From Macrostomum hystrix (Eukaryota; Animalia; Platyhelminthes), in the NCBI GenBank assembly GCA_950097015.1, contig CATNEN010000038.1:7316001-7380000 (forward strand): a stretch of 64,000 bases of DNA. Reading direction: 5' to 3'. The notes under the pieces were generated by a model that was given only the letters and a program-made list of their open reading frames with translations, made no database searches and was not told where the DNA came from. Below are positions 12,476-26,900 of this stretch, piece by piece. Position 1 is the stretch's first letter; every line of letters begins with the position of its first letter. A program made the position numbers and the translations under genes.

Positions 12476-13335
12476 CAGAGAGAGAGATCAGAGAGAGATC
12501 AGAGAGATCAGAGATATCAGAGAGGTCAGAGAGATCAGAGAGATCAGAGAGATCAGAGAGAGATCAGAGAGACCAGAGAGATCAGAGAGAGATCAGAGAG
12601 ATCAGAGAAATCAAAGAGATCAGAGAGATCAGAGAGAGATTCAGATCCCCTCACTGACATTCTGTTCCCTTCACTGACATTCAGATCCCTTCACTGACAT
12701 TCTGTTCCCTTCACTGACATTCAGATCCCTTCACTGACATTCTGATCCCTTCACTGACATTCAGATCCCTTCACTGACATTCTGTTCCCTTCACTGACAT
12801 TCAGATCCCTTCACTGACATTCTGATCCCTTCACTGACATTCAGATCCCTTCACTGACATTCTGTTCCCTTCACTGACATTCAGATCCCTTCACTGACAT
12901 TCTGATCCCTTCACTGACATTGAGATCCCTTCACTGACATTCTGATCCCTTCACTGACATTCAGATCCCTTCACTGACATTCTGATCCCTTCACTGACAT
13001 TCAGATCCCTTCACTAACATTCTGATCCCTTCACTGACATTCTGATCCCTTCACTGACATTCAGATCCCTTCACTAACATTCTGATCCCTTCACTGACAT
13101 TCAGATCCCTTCACTGACATTCTGTTCCCTTCACTGACATTCAGATCCCTTCACTGACATTCTGTTCCCTTCACTGACATTCAGATCCCTTCACTAACAT
13201 TCTGATCCCTTCACTAACATTCTGATCCCTTCACTGACATTCAGATCCCTTAACTAACATTCTGATCCCTTCACTGACATTCAGATCCCTTCACTGACAT
13301 TCAGATCCCTTCACTGACGTTCAGATCCCTTCACT
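12476..13335. repeat. Compound satellite: ~9-bp (AGAGATCAG)n to ~12640, then 20-bp (TCAGATCCCTTCACTGACAT)n
   Basis: Direct periodicity. Confidence 0.96.
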
Positions 13336-13339
13336 GGTC

Positions 13340-14215
13340 AGTTCGGAGTCGCTAAGCCTCTCTGGCAGGCCGCCCGTCTGTATGAGGAGCAGTGGCAGGA
13401 CCCGCTGCTTAGCAAGACGTTCCAGGCGTTGGCGACAGGCGACGGTCTGTCTGAGACCTGGGCGGCCCAGGGTCGCGAGCTGCTGGACGAGCATCATTAA
13501 GTGCGGCGAGCGTTCTGCAGTCCCACGGCAAGTCAGTCATCCCGGGCCGCCTGCGGCCGAACTTCCTGCAGGCGTCGCATTCCTTCTACCACCTGGGTGC
13601 TGACAGGACGGTGGCGATGCTGGCGAAGCACTGTTGGTGGCTGGGCCCTTTTTCAAGATGTGTAACACCTTCTTCAAGTGGATGGAGACATGGCGATTGA
13701 CGCCTGGATAGTGGTGGATGCAGCCGGCTCTGCGAGAAGCTGGACATCGAGAAAACTCGCACATCGCTATTCCACCCAAGCGGCAAGGGCGTCGTGGTGC
13801 ACGGCAACCGAACACAGGGCGAAATGTTGCCGATGGTTGTGTCAGAGAGCCAGCAGAACTGGGCCTCGGCCTACGACACCTCCGTGCACAGAACAACCGG
13901 CCTCAGGCCATTCCAGATCCTGCACGCCACGGCCCGGAGTAGAGTGTACACGCCTGCGTGCGTGTTGGCGGGCGTGCTTGGGGGATGGGTACGCTCACCC
14001 CAGTGTTGCTGCCGAATTCGCTCGTATAGCAGCTAGCGGGTCGGTGTTGTGCGTACTACCTGACAAACCCGCGACTTACAACCGCGACTAACATTATACT
14101 AATGCTTCCGCAAAAATAACTGATGATTGCTGTTTTGTGATCTCTATGCTTTCTTTTATTTAAGGCTTCTGCTGTAGTTCAATAAACTGTGCGTGAAACC
14201 GAATAATGTTCACAA
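13340..14215 (+). mobile_element. Degenerate Ty3/gypsy LTR retrotransposon fragment (integrase; possible 3' LTR ~14004-14215)
   Basis: Fragments LYEEQWQDPLL, VIPGRLRPNFLQASHSFYHLGADRTVAMLAKHCWW (zinc-binding HH part) and LCEKLDIEKTRTSLFHPSGKG...NRT...AYDTSVHRTTGLRPF (integrase core), with stops and deletions. Purine tract at ~13980 and AATAAA at 14181. Confidence 0.85.
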
Positions 14216-14782
14216 TAAAATATCCAGAATAAAAATTTTACATTTCAGTGTGACAGTCTCATAACATTCCCGAGAGTAAAGTTATATTTTCTGACCTTAA
14301 AGCCGCGGTCAGACTGCACTTTATTCTCTTACCATATGTGTACGTTCTACCCCTCTGCTTGTCCCCCACCCCACTCTTGATTTTGTTATTTTTCGTTAAG
14401 ATTAGCTCTGTCCTTTGTACAAGTGTTATTTGTTCCGTGTGTTTTGATACTGCGAGACTGCAGCTTCAACCAAATACGGGTAGAAGGCCTTTTAAGGACT
14501 TGTTGGTCTTCACGCAATCAGCCAACTGGGCGAACAATTAATTTTACGTTAAGGATATCAGTTTTGGATATTTGAATGTCTGAGTTACATTTAGGATATC
14601 AGCTTTGAGGTATTATTATTGATAATGGCTTTTAGCCAATCTAATCTGTTTATAACAAAAATGTGAGAATAGTTTAAGATCTGTTAAAGAAAACAAAGTA
14701 TGCTAGCCAGTTGATCACTTTTTTAAGCAGAAACTTCGTGGATTCTTTTATCAAGTCTTTGATGAAGTTTATGATGGAGTAT

Positions 14783-15497
14783 TTACCGAGCTTCAGCTGA
14801 GCCTCGCCACTGAGCGGCCACTGCGGCGAATGCGGCGAATGCGGTGATTTTTGGGTTGGCAGTCAGGCCCACGCCGACTTTGGAGGCCACGTTGGTGCGT
14901 TGTAAGATCCACTTGTTGATCCAGTCGAATTTGGGGTGTTCGAAGATCCAGTTGGTGATTCTGAAGGGATGGTTGCATAATTCCTCGTCACTCAGGGTGC
15001 ACTTCACGAGCTCCATGGAGATTAGCGGATAATTTCTTGCCTTTTCTGTGCAATTATATCTGTCTAGATGTGTACCCCGTGCAAAACAATGGCTAGCATA
15101 CTGCAATGTTAAAGAGAATGGCAGGAGTCACAATTTTCACCTTTCAGAGTTAATTAGTAACTAGCACAGCTTAATGAAAGTAGTATAGCTTACAGTGATT
15201 TCGTCGCCATTCCGTATTTTAGTCATTTCAGCATAGCATGCTTTGCAGTTCCGTCCAATTTGGGCCTCGGACGGGACGGGCTTATTTTTATCGAAGGGCG
15301 TGTCGAAAATTTTGTAGCACCGTACGCTTTTGGTGGAGGCAACTGCAATAGTCAAGCTTACAGAGTGTCAAACTTCGAGAAGACTAGACCAATATTAAAC
15401 AGTTCTGGAACTCTAATTAAATAGATACAAAGCGTTACTACTCACCAGAGAGGAGCAGCACTAGCGCAATCAGTAACAGTGCCTGCAGATTGTTCAT
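14783..15497 (-). CDS. Secreted/GPI-type Ly6-uPAR (three-finger)-like protein; exons 15446-15497, 15194-15342, 14783-15100
   Basis: Signal peptide MNNLQALLLIALVLLLS, then VRCY, CKAC and further Cys to LCN, and a moderately hydrophobic tail. Both introns are GT-AG with matching phases. Confidence 0.75.
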
Positions 15498-16228
15498 CTT
15501 TGGGGTTGACTACTGAGTTTAGTGAGTTATTGCTGAGGTTGACTTCTGAGTTTAGTTTTACAAATATTGTTGGTCTTGTCATTAAGCTGTTTCGAGCTAA
15601 ATAGGCTAATATAGATAGACCATCCGCTGTGCCTGTACCTGCTCACTCAGCTGCCTTTAGTCTATGGCCAAAATCACTGAGCGACCGAATCTTGCCTTAA
15701 ACAAACAAGCAGTTTGCACTACCCCTAAACTGCTGCTCGGAATTCTATTCACCAGCGTTAGCTTGCGGAGCAGGCCCTAGATATTCCAGCTTAATTTTGA
15801 CACCACCATAGCCTGCGATAGCAAGCTGCGTAGGATAACCATGAAAGCAAAGAACAGGTGGAGTGGGCGGGTAATGGGTGGGAGTGTGAGTAGATGTGAG
15901 TTGATGTGATATAAATTATCATTTAGATTGACAAAAGCGATGCATTAAAATAGCATAAATAAGTTCAGCCTTTAAAGCAAAAGCAAAGCAGATAAAACGT
16001 CTTTAACTTGTAATTTAACTGCCCTGACTTTCTCATCGTCAGTCTGTGCGTCATCACAATGTTTGACAACCGAGCCTTCTCCTCGCGGCTGCGTTGGGAT
16101 TAGTATAACCCTGCCCTGGGATAACATCTTGGAGCATTGCATGCAAAATATTACAACAAAAAGTAGTTTATTTCCAGTTGACCTTTGATGTCATCGGTGT
16201 CAAGCCAACCTTTTTGAATTATCAATTT

Positions 16229-19147
16229 TCAAACATTCTGCTGTTTCTCGCTGCGAATCTTCTGAATCATGCTGCAGGCCATGACAACGCAGATGATCTG
16301 GAATAAGAGTTGCGAATTGGGGTCGTGAATTATTGGCCCCTAAAAGTACAATGATATCATTTAAATACAGTTTCCACAGTGGCAAGTGTCAGCAAAAACA
16401 TGTGTCAACCGATGTGTGAAACGTAGGTAATTATTAATATTAGTATACAGAGGCATATACGAGCTTAATAAAATATTATTTACTAATAATAATGACTCTT
16501 GACACTGATGATGTATGCAGCACACAGTTTTTCATTGTCAGGCAGTGTACACTCTCACTGTGCCTTGGAGGTTGGCCCTCAAGGGCATAAATTGCACGAC
16601 AAGCCCCCAAGCCTTCTCTCCGCGGCTGCGCCCCAAATGAATGTGGCCTCGCCGCGGAATCGAGCTCAGGGACCTTGGTGCGAGAGGCATTGACTTGGCA
16701 ATATAAACGAAAGATTAGCAGTGCCTGACGTTTAAGTTCTCCGTCTTAGTTTAGATCAACGATGTGCACTACAGAGAGTTTTGTACTTCGCTTACAAATA
16801 AATGTACAGGACTTCCAGCTGGCTTTTAGATTCACAATGTGTGGGGGGAAGTTAGAAATAAAATTTCATTTCTCAATCAGATCGATTAAGCTCTATTTAG
16901 AGTTTGAGCAGATGTTCAGCGGAGGAAGCAATACGCAAGTCGAAGCTACTCAAAGTTGTGTTGGCCATTTAGAAAAAAGTTATTTATAGGAAAAAAAGAA
17001 TAAGAAATACAGAAGAAAACTTTTACGAAAAACATTCATTTGGTTTTTTGTCGCAGTGACGGCATGACCTTCCGCTCATAAAAGAAGCCCTTTCTAAGAA
17101 CTCCTTCAATTTTCAACTTACCTCAAACATGCCAACCAAAATTCCCACAACAATGATCGCCACTGTGTACTTGTCAATGTAGTCGTTTAGCTTGGTGTAG
17201 CAGCCCTGAAATGGTTTAATAGATAGCATTCACTTACTTCTTACCTATACGAAGAAAAGTAACTTACAAAACTCAAGAATGAAATTTGCTCCCTCACAAT
17301 GAAGCTTCACTCACAAGAAACCTAGCTAGCTCAGCAACCAAGACTTCACTCACAAGAAACCTAACTATAGCTCGGCAACCAAGACTTCACTCACAAGAAA
17401 CCTAACTATAGCTCAGCAACCAAGACTTCACTCACAAGAAACCTAACTATAGCTCAGCAACCAAGGCTTCACTCACAAGAAACCTAACTATAGCTCAGCA
17501 ACCAAGACTTCACTCACAAGAAACCTAACTATAGCTCAGCAACCAAGGCTTCACTCACAAGAAACCTAGCTAGCTCAGCAACCAAGACTTCACTCACATG
17601 AAACCTAGCTCAACAAGTTGTTGGAGTAAACAACAAACCACCTAAAATAAAATTTGAACACAGACTTATGTACCTCCATGTTGATATACGAGCTGCTAGC
17701 ATTGTATGGGCAATTCGGATCAAACAGGTAGCTATCAATTCTGGACCAGTTTTGGTGTGACAGCAGCTCATCTCGCTGTTTCATCATGCAACAGGTGACA
17801 GGCACAACCAGCGTCTTTCCGTTGTACAATCGAGTCGAATTGTGCCACAGGGTGTTATTGCCCGTGATGTCACGTATGCTCGTCACTCCACAGCATTGAA
17901 GCTAAAAATATTATAGTGCAAGTCAAGTTTTTCTCATAGATATAACTGACGCACGATAATTAGTAAAATTATTAGAAATGAGTTCAGTTTTCATGCGAAC
18001 CGAAACTTGAGCATAGTTAACTAGCGATGAGAACACTGCATTCGGCGAGCTGGTGTTGCTAACGGCCAGGTTAATTGGCAGGTAGCGCGTGGCCTCCAGC
18101 CGCTTCAGGGTTGGCTGCAGCTCTGTACTAATCTGTGCTTTGAAGACTCCGGCTGCGATTCCGCCTGCGATCTCAACTAGCAGCACCACCGTGATAGAGC
18201 CTGCGTACTGCGTTGCGAGATGTGAGGCTTCTCAGGCATTGCAGGTATCAAATTATTGAATAAAACAATTCATTCACGTACATTTCATTCACAAAAAATT
18301 GATGTGTCTTCGTATAGGGTAAATGGCAGAGTGGCAGAAGGCGGTTATACGCGTTTGCCTCTCGCACCAAGGTCCCTGAGCTCGATTCCGCGGTGACCCC
18401 ACACTCATTTCGGGCTCAACCATAGAGAGAGGCTTTTGGATACTCACCTAATTTACTACGGCCTTGATGGGCAACCTACAAGGCACAGTGAAAGTGCATG
18501 TCACTGCCTCAAGACTTACAGGTCAAAAGCAGTGAAACAAATGCTGGTAACTTTTACTTCAATACTTATGATAGACTTGTCGATGTCGATCCGAAATGTC
18601 GAGCCTAGAACGACTGGGGACTCCGATTAAAAATAAAAGCATGAACAGTCCAAAGCCGTTCTAGGCCATAGACAATGATTTCAAGCGGGGTTATCATTTT
18701 TAATTGCCGCTTGGCTTGAACCATAGACTACGATAGAACCATAGACGAGATTTGATTAGCCCGGCAATTTTCCAGCGAGTCCGGGTCGCGACACATTCGT
18801 GACCGCACATGAGCGACAATTACTTTATATATAGCTAGACTCACAAACATGAGCAGGCAGCTGCTCTCCCTAATGGCTCCGCAGCAGCCGCAGAAGCCGA
18901 TGACAAAGGACAGCGCGCCGAATGCTAAGATGACATAGGCGGCTGCCACCAGGGTGGAGGTGGAATTCTGATAGCTGGCCAACGCCGCATTGTCAATGTT
19001 GGAACCCTGGGTGCTTAGGTGCACCAGCTTGAACAGCGAGTCCTTGGACGCGATCACCCAGATGGAGACGCCCACGATGGCAGCTCCGGCGAGCAGGAAG
19101 GTTATGTTAACTATCATCAATACCAGCTTGTTGATGCAGTGGCACAT
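16229..19147 (-). CDS. Tetraspanin; exons 18845-19147, 18001-18207, 17674-17901, 17122-17205, 16229-16297
   Basis: Four TM segments, GFCGCCGAIRES, LQCCG motif, PVTCC and GCY; all introns are phase-0 GT-AG; ends IRSEKQQNV*. Confidence 0.95.
16530..16690 (-). mobile_element. SINE family B (partial)
   Basis: Near identity to 6540-6705 and 51180-51340. Confidence 0.85.
17305..17610. repeat. 41-bp minisatellite in tetraspanin intron, ~7 copies
   Basis: (CTTCACTCACAAGAAACCTAACTATAGCTCAGCAACCAAGA)n. Confidence 0.95.
18316..18530 (+). mobile_element. SINE family B, diverged copy
   Basis: GCGTTTGCCTCTCGCACCAAGGTCCCTGAGCTCGATTCCGCGG head shared with the other copies. Confidence 0.8.
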
Positions 19148-21623
19148 TGTTGCGAAGAAGATATTTTGCAAGCGAGAAAAATTATTCAGATCAAAGCAAG
19201 CCTTCCTAGTTACCCAGTTACTGTTGTTGCCTGTAAGCTTTTAAGGCCGCGGCCCCACCCCACCCTCCCTCCCTCTATCCCAAGCGTTTCGCAGCCAATA
19301 CTTGGTTAAGGAAGGGGCTTGGCAGCCAGCAATATCATAGCTCCATTGCCCCAAGTCAAACCTTTCTCCCAGTAGAGGCTGATATCCGTTCAGTCTGTCT
19401 TCGGCCAACACTCCGCTTTCTGATTCTAGTAGCAGCATCGATTCTGTCTGTCCACTATCGCCAGAAATTATGCTACAGCTGGGGGGTCGAATCGCAGAAG
19501 CAGCAAAATTGTATTTGGATTCGTATTTTTGCGGGATAGACGATCAAACTGCATTAGCTATGGTGTGTGTGCGCGTGTATGGAATGCTTCAATTTCAGCT
19601 GCATGCGGCTGAGGCAGTTAATTCCATCCATTTCCCCAAAGGCTTAATTTCAGCCTGTCGGAGCCCCCACTTGCCCGCTGCGGATTGGGTCGTAAATTTT
19701 TTGTGTTTCTATTTTTAGAATTTGGAATATTTCCCTTAGCAAGAGCTTCATTTAGCTGTAAAACAGTAGCACATGACTCAAGCTGATCGTCTGACCTTTA
19801 TTTTGCATATATTGTGATTGTTTATTGGCACATTTCTGTGAGTGTACCGGATGCCCTCTGAGGGGTGGGTATTTGAATGTGAATTCTGCCAACCGCCTAC
19901 AAATCCTGCAAGTCCACAGCCACACAATCAGCACAGGCCCACAGGGCGGCAATCCTACAATCCCACCCCGCTAAAATCATGCAATCCAACCAGCCTATAG
20001 CCTAAGTATCTCAGGAATCCAAATAAAAAATCCTACAATCCCAAAATCAATTCTTAATCCTAAGTCTTAATTCTTAAATCCCAAAATTTCATAATCCTAC
20101 AAAAAAACAATCCTTCAATTCGTCAGTTTTACAATCTAATAGTTTTTAAATCCCAAAAATCCGAAAATCTTAAAAATCCTAGAACCCTATTAATATAATA
20201 TAACCCTACAACTCAACAGTCTGCAATCAAAGCATCCTACACTTCTAGAATCCTACAATCTTACATTAGTAATAAAAAATGGTTTGAAATTTTAATCACA
20301 GCGAAGGGTATAAAGTCTAAAAGTTGCCCAGACAGGGAGGGCATAAGACGAAGACAGTATAAAGAAAACTTAAAATACCAAAGAAAGCCACAGGAAAGCT
20401 TGAAAATTCAGGAAAAACGTTTTTTAAATTAAACACCTTATATTTCATAATATTTTTTGTATTCGAAATTCGCTTGAGGTGGGTTAACTCAAAGGTTAAC
20501 TCAGTGAGGTACTTAACTCAAATAAATTAAGTAAAGTTGCTATTACTTGCTCTGATCGATTAACTAAAGCAAGTAAAGTATTACACGACAGCCCAAACAA
20601 CAATCCGACGTCGACTGACTTTCTCGTAGTCACCGACGTCCAGCGACATCGTTGGCAAATTGGAAATTTTACCGTACATTACAATAGCAGAGATTCAGAG
20701 GAAACACGGATCGAAGAAGATGTTGAAATGCTGAATCATCGCGCATAATTAAACAATCAGTACCAGACATTACAATCCTAAAATCATACAGACCTCACGT
20801 ACAATCCTTACACAAGGACCATTAGGATCGTAGTGATCCTTGTCCTTTAAATCCTATACAAAAAATACAATCGTAAAATCCTATAAACCAGCAATGCAAA
20901 AAATTGAAATCAGACAAATCGACAATAGTATTTAGCAGATAGAGAGAGCCAAAACAGTTTTTGCCCTTCTAAATACCGCAAATAACAATTTTAAAGTAAA
21001 ACAAATCTTAGTGAATAAGTTTGCATAAAGCAACACAGATGCGCAGCAGGTTATATGATTAGACTCATTAGTTATGTTTTCGTTTAGTTTCAAGATAATT
21101 CTGCAATATATATTGACATTTTGATGACTAATACTGTAACGGTATATTAACATGTAACGACGATATGAGCCAGTCCAATTTACAAGAAAACGAAGTATAA
21201 AAAATACTTATTAATCGAAGTTATTATTGTGAGTATTTTAAAAAATTTTAGCAGAACAGGCAAATAATTCGAGCTAGCTGGTATATTTAAAGTTGGTATA
21301 TTTACTTTTAAAAAATATTTTATGACATTAGGTACATTGGGGCAATGCTCATAGGCCTAGTTAGTTAATAGTCATTATGTTCGGTTCCTGGACACTTAGT
21401 CATCTAGCCAATTGGTGAATGGTGAATCTTATACATAGTTAAAGTTAGGTCAGTTTGTTAACTACCCATAGAAACTACAGTGTTGATTGATTTATAGTTG
21501 TCAATGAGTATGGTATATGGAAAACTGAGGGCAAACTATAAGAATTCCAGTTCCAGGTGATCACAAATGTTTAAATTCATACTAGGGCCTAGGCCCTACT
21601 GTGAAAGAAAAGTGATCATTATT

Positions 21624-22589
21624 TAGGGCTCCAGTGAGAAATTAAAAAAAATCCATATTTTTGGTCTTCTTGTGTTACAGATCTTGCTTGTCTGAGTTAA
21701 AAGACACATGACTCATAAAAATTGGTCAAGTAATAAAAAAGTTACAACACTTTTTGATCAACATTTTAGTTGTTTTTGTAACGTATTTTTCCCATAAGGG
21801 GGCTGTGATCAAGATGACCGGATAGATTTGACTTAGAAAACAAAAAATTGCAAATTTTTTTTCTAATGGATTTTAAAAGTTCCAAAAGCATATAGTTCAT
21901 TTTTTCATTATCTACACTATGGAATATATATATAATATTCTATTAACCACTCAGTATTAAAGTATTAAATTTCAATTTTACATTGAATAGTATTACTATG
22001 CTGACAAGACATTTATTTGTTTACAATATAAAAATCTTTTGGCTTAAAAGAAGTGGCAAAGCCATACCTATTCCATGGCTTATCAAATATATGTTGCATA
22101 GACATCAATTTATTTTTTACATTCAATTGCAAAAGCCATCTGAAATGTGTAAAGGGGGTATATTAGAGATATGTTTGTGGGAGATTCCACTAAAGGAAAA
22201 TAAAAAGGTTTGAGTATATTATATTCTACATAAAATTCTATGTACAATTTTAATGGGATACACTTAGAAAACACTATAAACAATGATTGAAAAAGAAAAA
22301 GAAAATTTCAGTATCAATGCATTAGAAAATTTTTATGTTCTACATAAAGTAGTTTTTATAAATTTTGATCACATAGGGAATACTAAAAAAATAACACATT
22401 TTGGCACCATGTAACTTTTTGTTTTTGTAGCATATAAACACTTGCTGTAAAGTAAATTTTATCTTCTTTCTATTGATAGTAGGCTTTATTTTCTTAACAT
22501 AAAATTTGTTCTTTTTTGTCAGAACATAGCATTCTTTTTTATTAATTTAATTTTTTTTCTATATATTTTTTCGCTTACTAGAGTCCCTA
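21624..22589. mobile_element. Non-autonomous hAT-type DNA transposon
   Basis: Imperfect TIRs TAGGGCTCCAGTGAG / CTTACTAGAGTCCCTA and an exact 8-bp TSD TCATTATT (21616-21623, 22590-22597); AT-rich non-coding interior. Confidence 0.8.
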
Positions 22590-23967
22590 TCATTATTAAA
22601 CTGTATAGTTAGTTGGTATATTTGTAAACAGACTAGGGAAATCTAAGTAATCTAAGCAATTAAAGTAAATAACTAAAAAATACTAGGCTTATGATTATTG
22701 AGATGGTCAATTTGAAACTCAAATTTCTAAAAAAAAAATTTTCACAAGGCACAAACAAAGACAGCAATTAAACAACTATTGCTAAAATTGGTTGGACTTG
22801 AACTTTTTTTTAAATCATCAAGATGACAAAGTTTCTACAAGTCTTGGTACCTATGCTATCCACCCTCTTAGACCCTGGACACTTTGTCATCCAGATGACA
22901 AAAAGCTGTAGCCCATACTTGGCCAGCCAATGGATATCCATCTAACCAATAAGGCCTTGGCCTTGTGCCATCAATTCACTTTAATTGATACTGAGACCTG
23001 AGTTAAGCTAGCTAGGCCTAGTCAGTCTAACTTCTTAAAGGTACACATTTACAGTAGCTAAAGGTTGCTTAGTCATGATTCTGTGGCTGAAAATATTGTC
23101 TATAAAAGTGCATAAAATTAGAAGTTAATTTAACACAAAAATCTTCCAAATTCAACTGCTGGCTAAATTACTTAAGTTACTATAAGTTACTTTTGGCTAC
23201 TGCTAGCAATTAACAATATTTTATTACTTTTCTGTCTTAATAGCTCTGGCAAATGAAGATAGCATATTACCATGTACTATATTGATTATGACATTAAAAA
23301 TCCCAATAATTTAGGATCTAAACATTATAATTATCAAAATCTGAAGACTAATAATCATTGGATTTTGAATTCTAGAAAATCCTTGCAGATAATAGCTCAG
23401 AGAAAAATATAGTTTACCATTTCCATTTTTGCTCTAATTTTTTTAATATTGCTATTTGAATTCTAAAATATTTACCCTTCATTTGTTTCAATTAGTGTCA
23501 ATGCTTATTTAAGAAAAATTATTCATATTTAAAATTAGACTATATAAAGCATTGTAATTCTTTTTTAATTTTAAAGCCCTGGACTTCAATCCTAATATGT
23601 GGGATCCCAAAACATTAGAATCTTTTAATATTCAGTTCAAGGATTTCATCCATAAAAATCCTAAAAGTAAATTACTAAAAAATAAGGACCTAATCTCTAG
23701 CTTGTGGAAATGGCCTAAGTATACATAGCAAAGTTTATGAAGCCATCCTAATGCTCTTGTACCAAATTCTAATAAACTAATTTCAAAGTCTTCCATTTCA
23801 AGCCCAAACAACATTTCTAATTACCAAAAAAGTTTAAATCAATTTGCTTCAATTGAATCATTGAGCACTGCTTATATGTTTCCTCACTTTACAGTTTTCA
23901 AATTGTTTTTTTTGCTACAAGATACAATACTTCGTTAAAAAAGGGTTCAAACAGAGATTAAACAGAT

Positions 23968-26900
23968 ATGTCAGCTCTAGCTTCTAAACGTGAAGACTTC
24001 TACAAAGATCGCAGCTATGATCCGCTGGCAAAATATAGTCGGGATCGCAGCGACCTGCTCTCTAAGCTGGACTCCACATCGACTTCTTCTGCCGGAATTG
24101 GAGGCAAATCTCTTGGGGATAAGACAGGTTTGGGCAGTCTAGACGACAAAGCGGCTGCCGATGCTGGGGTTGGTTTTGCCAACCTTCCTAATCAGGTTAG
24201 TTTCCATGACAACTGATGCAACTGACTGAATGACCAGCTGATGCAACTGAGTGAATGACCAGCTGATGCAACTGACTGAATGACCAGCTGATGCAACTGA
24301 CTGAATGACCAGCTGATGCAACTGAGTGAATGACCAGCTGATGCAACTGACTGAATGACCAGCTGATGCAACTGAGTGAATGACCAACTGATGCAAATGA
24401 GTGAATGACCAGCTGATGCAACTGACTGAATGACCAGCTGATGCAACTGACTGAATGACCAGCTGATGCAACTGACTGAATGACCAGCTGGTGCAACTGA
24501 CTGAATGACCAGCTGATGCAACTGAGTGAATGACCAGCTGATGCAAATGAGTGAATGACCAGCTGATGCAACTGACTGAATGACCAGCTGATGCAACTGA
24601 GTGAATGACCAGCTGATGCAACTGAGTGAATGACCAGCTGATGCAACTGACTGAATGACCAGCTGATGCAAATGACTGAATGACCAGCTGATGCAACTGA
24701 GTGAATGACCAGCTGATGCAACTGACTGAATGACCAGCTGATGCAAATGACTGAATGACCAGCTGATGCAAATGAGTGAATGACCAGCTGATGCAACTGA
24801 CTGAATGACCAGCTGATGCAAATGACTGAATGACCAGCTGATGCAAATGACTGAATGACCTGCTGATGCAACTGACTGAATGACCAGCTGGTGCAACTGA
24901 CTGAATGACCAGCTGGTGCAACTGACTGAATGACCAGCTGGTGCAACTGAGTGAATGCCCTGCTGATGCAACTGACTGAATGACCAGCTGGTGCAAATGA
25001 GTGAATGACCAGCTGGTGCAACTGACTGAATGACCAGCTGATGCAACTGAGTGAATGCCCTGCTGATGCAACTGACTGAATGACCAGCTGGTGCAACTGA
25101 GTGAATGACCAGCTGATGCAACTGACTGAATGACCAGCTGGTGCAACTGAGTGAATGACCTGCTGATGCAACTGACTGAATGACCAGCTGATGCAAATGA
25201 CTGAATGACCAGCTGATGCAACTGAGTGAATGACCAGCTGATGCAACTGACTGAATGACCAGCTGGTGCAACTGAGTGAATGACCTGCTGATGCAACTGA
25301 CTGAATGACCAGCTGATGCAAATGACTGAATGACCAGCTGATGCAAATGACTGAATGACCAGCTGATGCAACTGACTGAATGGCCAGCTGATGCAACTGA
25401 CTGAATGACCAGCTGATGCAACTGACTGAATGACCAGCTGATGCAACTGACTGAATGGCCAGCTGATGCAACTGACTGAATGACCAGCTGATGCAACTGA
25501 CTGAATGGCCAGCTGGTGCAACTGACTGAATGACCAGCTGGTGCAACTGACTGAATGACCAGCTGGTGCAACTGAGTGAATGACCAGCTGATGCAACTGA
25601 GTGATTCATCTGTGTGCCACTGTGTTCCCATTCGCAGATCTATCGCCGGGCTGTTCGAAGAGGCTTCGAGTTTAATTTGATGGTTGTGGGCGAGTCTGGC
25701 CTGGGCAAGTCCACCCTGCTCAACAGCATGTTCTTGTCTGAGCTATACAACGCCGACCACATGGGCCCGTCCAAGAGGATTAAGAAGACGGTTAGTAACC
25801 TGTCACCTGACTCCTGTCACCTGACTATCATATCACCTGACTCCTGTCACCTGACTCCTGTCACCTGACTCCTGTCACCTGACTCTTGTCACCTGACTCC
25901 TGTCACCTGACTCCTGTCACCTGACTCTCCTGTCACCTGACTCCTGTCCTTCTATTCTCCTATCCTTTTATTCTCCTATCCTTCAATTTCTATTCTCCTA
26001 TCCTTCTATTTCTATTCTCCTATCCTTTTATTCTCCTATCCTTCAATTTCTATTCTCCTATCCTTCTATTCTCCTATCCTTCCATTCTCCTATCCTTCTA
26101 TTATCCTATCCTTCCATTCTCCTATCCTTCTATTATCCTATCCTTCCATTCTCCTATCCTTCTATTATCCTATCCTTCCATTCTCCTATCCTTCTATTAT
26201 CCTATCCTTTCATTCTCCTATCCTTCTATTATCCTATCCTTTCATTCTCCTATCCTTCCATTCTCCTATCCTTCAATTTCTATTCTCCTATCCTTCTATT
26301 ATCCTATCCTTCCATTCTCCTATCCTTCTATTATCCTATCCTTCCATTCTCCTATCCTTCTATTATCCTATCCTTTCATTCTCCTATCCTTCTATTATCC
26401 TATCCTTTCATTCTCCTATCCTTTCATTCTCCTATCCTTCCATTCTCCTATCCTTCCATTCTCCTATCCTTCTATTATCCTATCCTTTCATTCTCCTATC
26501 CTTTCATTCTCCTATCCTTCCATTCTCCTATCCTTTCATTCTCCTATCCTTCCATTCTCCTATCCTTTCATTCTCCTATCCTTTCATTCTCCTATCCTTT
26601 CATTCTCCTATCCTTCCATTCTCCTATCCTTCCATTCTCCTATCCTTCTATTCTCCTATCCTTTCATTCTCCTATCCTTCCATTCTCCTATCCTTCCATT
26701 CTCCTATCCTTCTATTATCCTATCCTTTCATTCTCCTATCCTTCCACTCTCCTATCCTTCCATTCTCCTATCCTTCCATTCTCCTATCCTTCTATTATCC
26801 TATCCTTTCATTCCTGTTTGTGTCCCCGCTGGCAGGTGTACGTGGAGTCGCACACGGTGCTGCTAAAGGAGAACTCGGTGCACCTGCGCCTCACCCTCAT

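Noticed and set aside
24139-25631. Three 470-485 aa minus-strand ORFs
   Set aside because: Translation of a stop-free 25-bp satellite antisense to septin intron 1; all three frames give the same rotating peptide.
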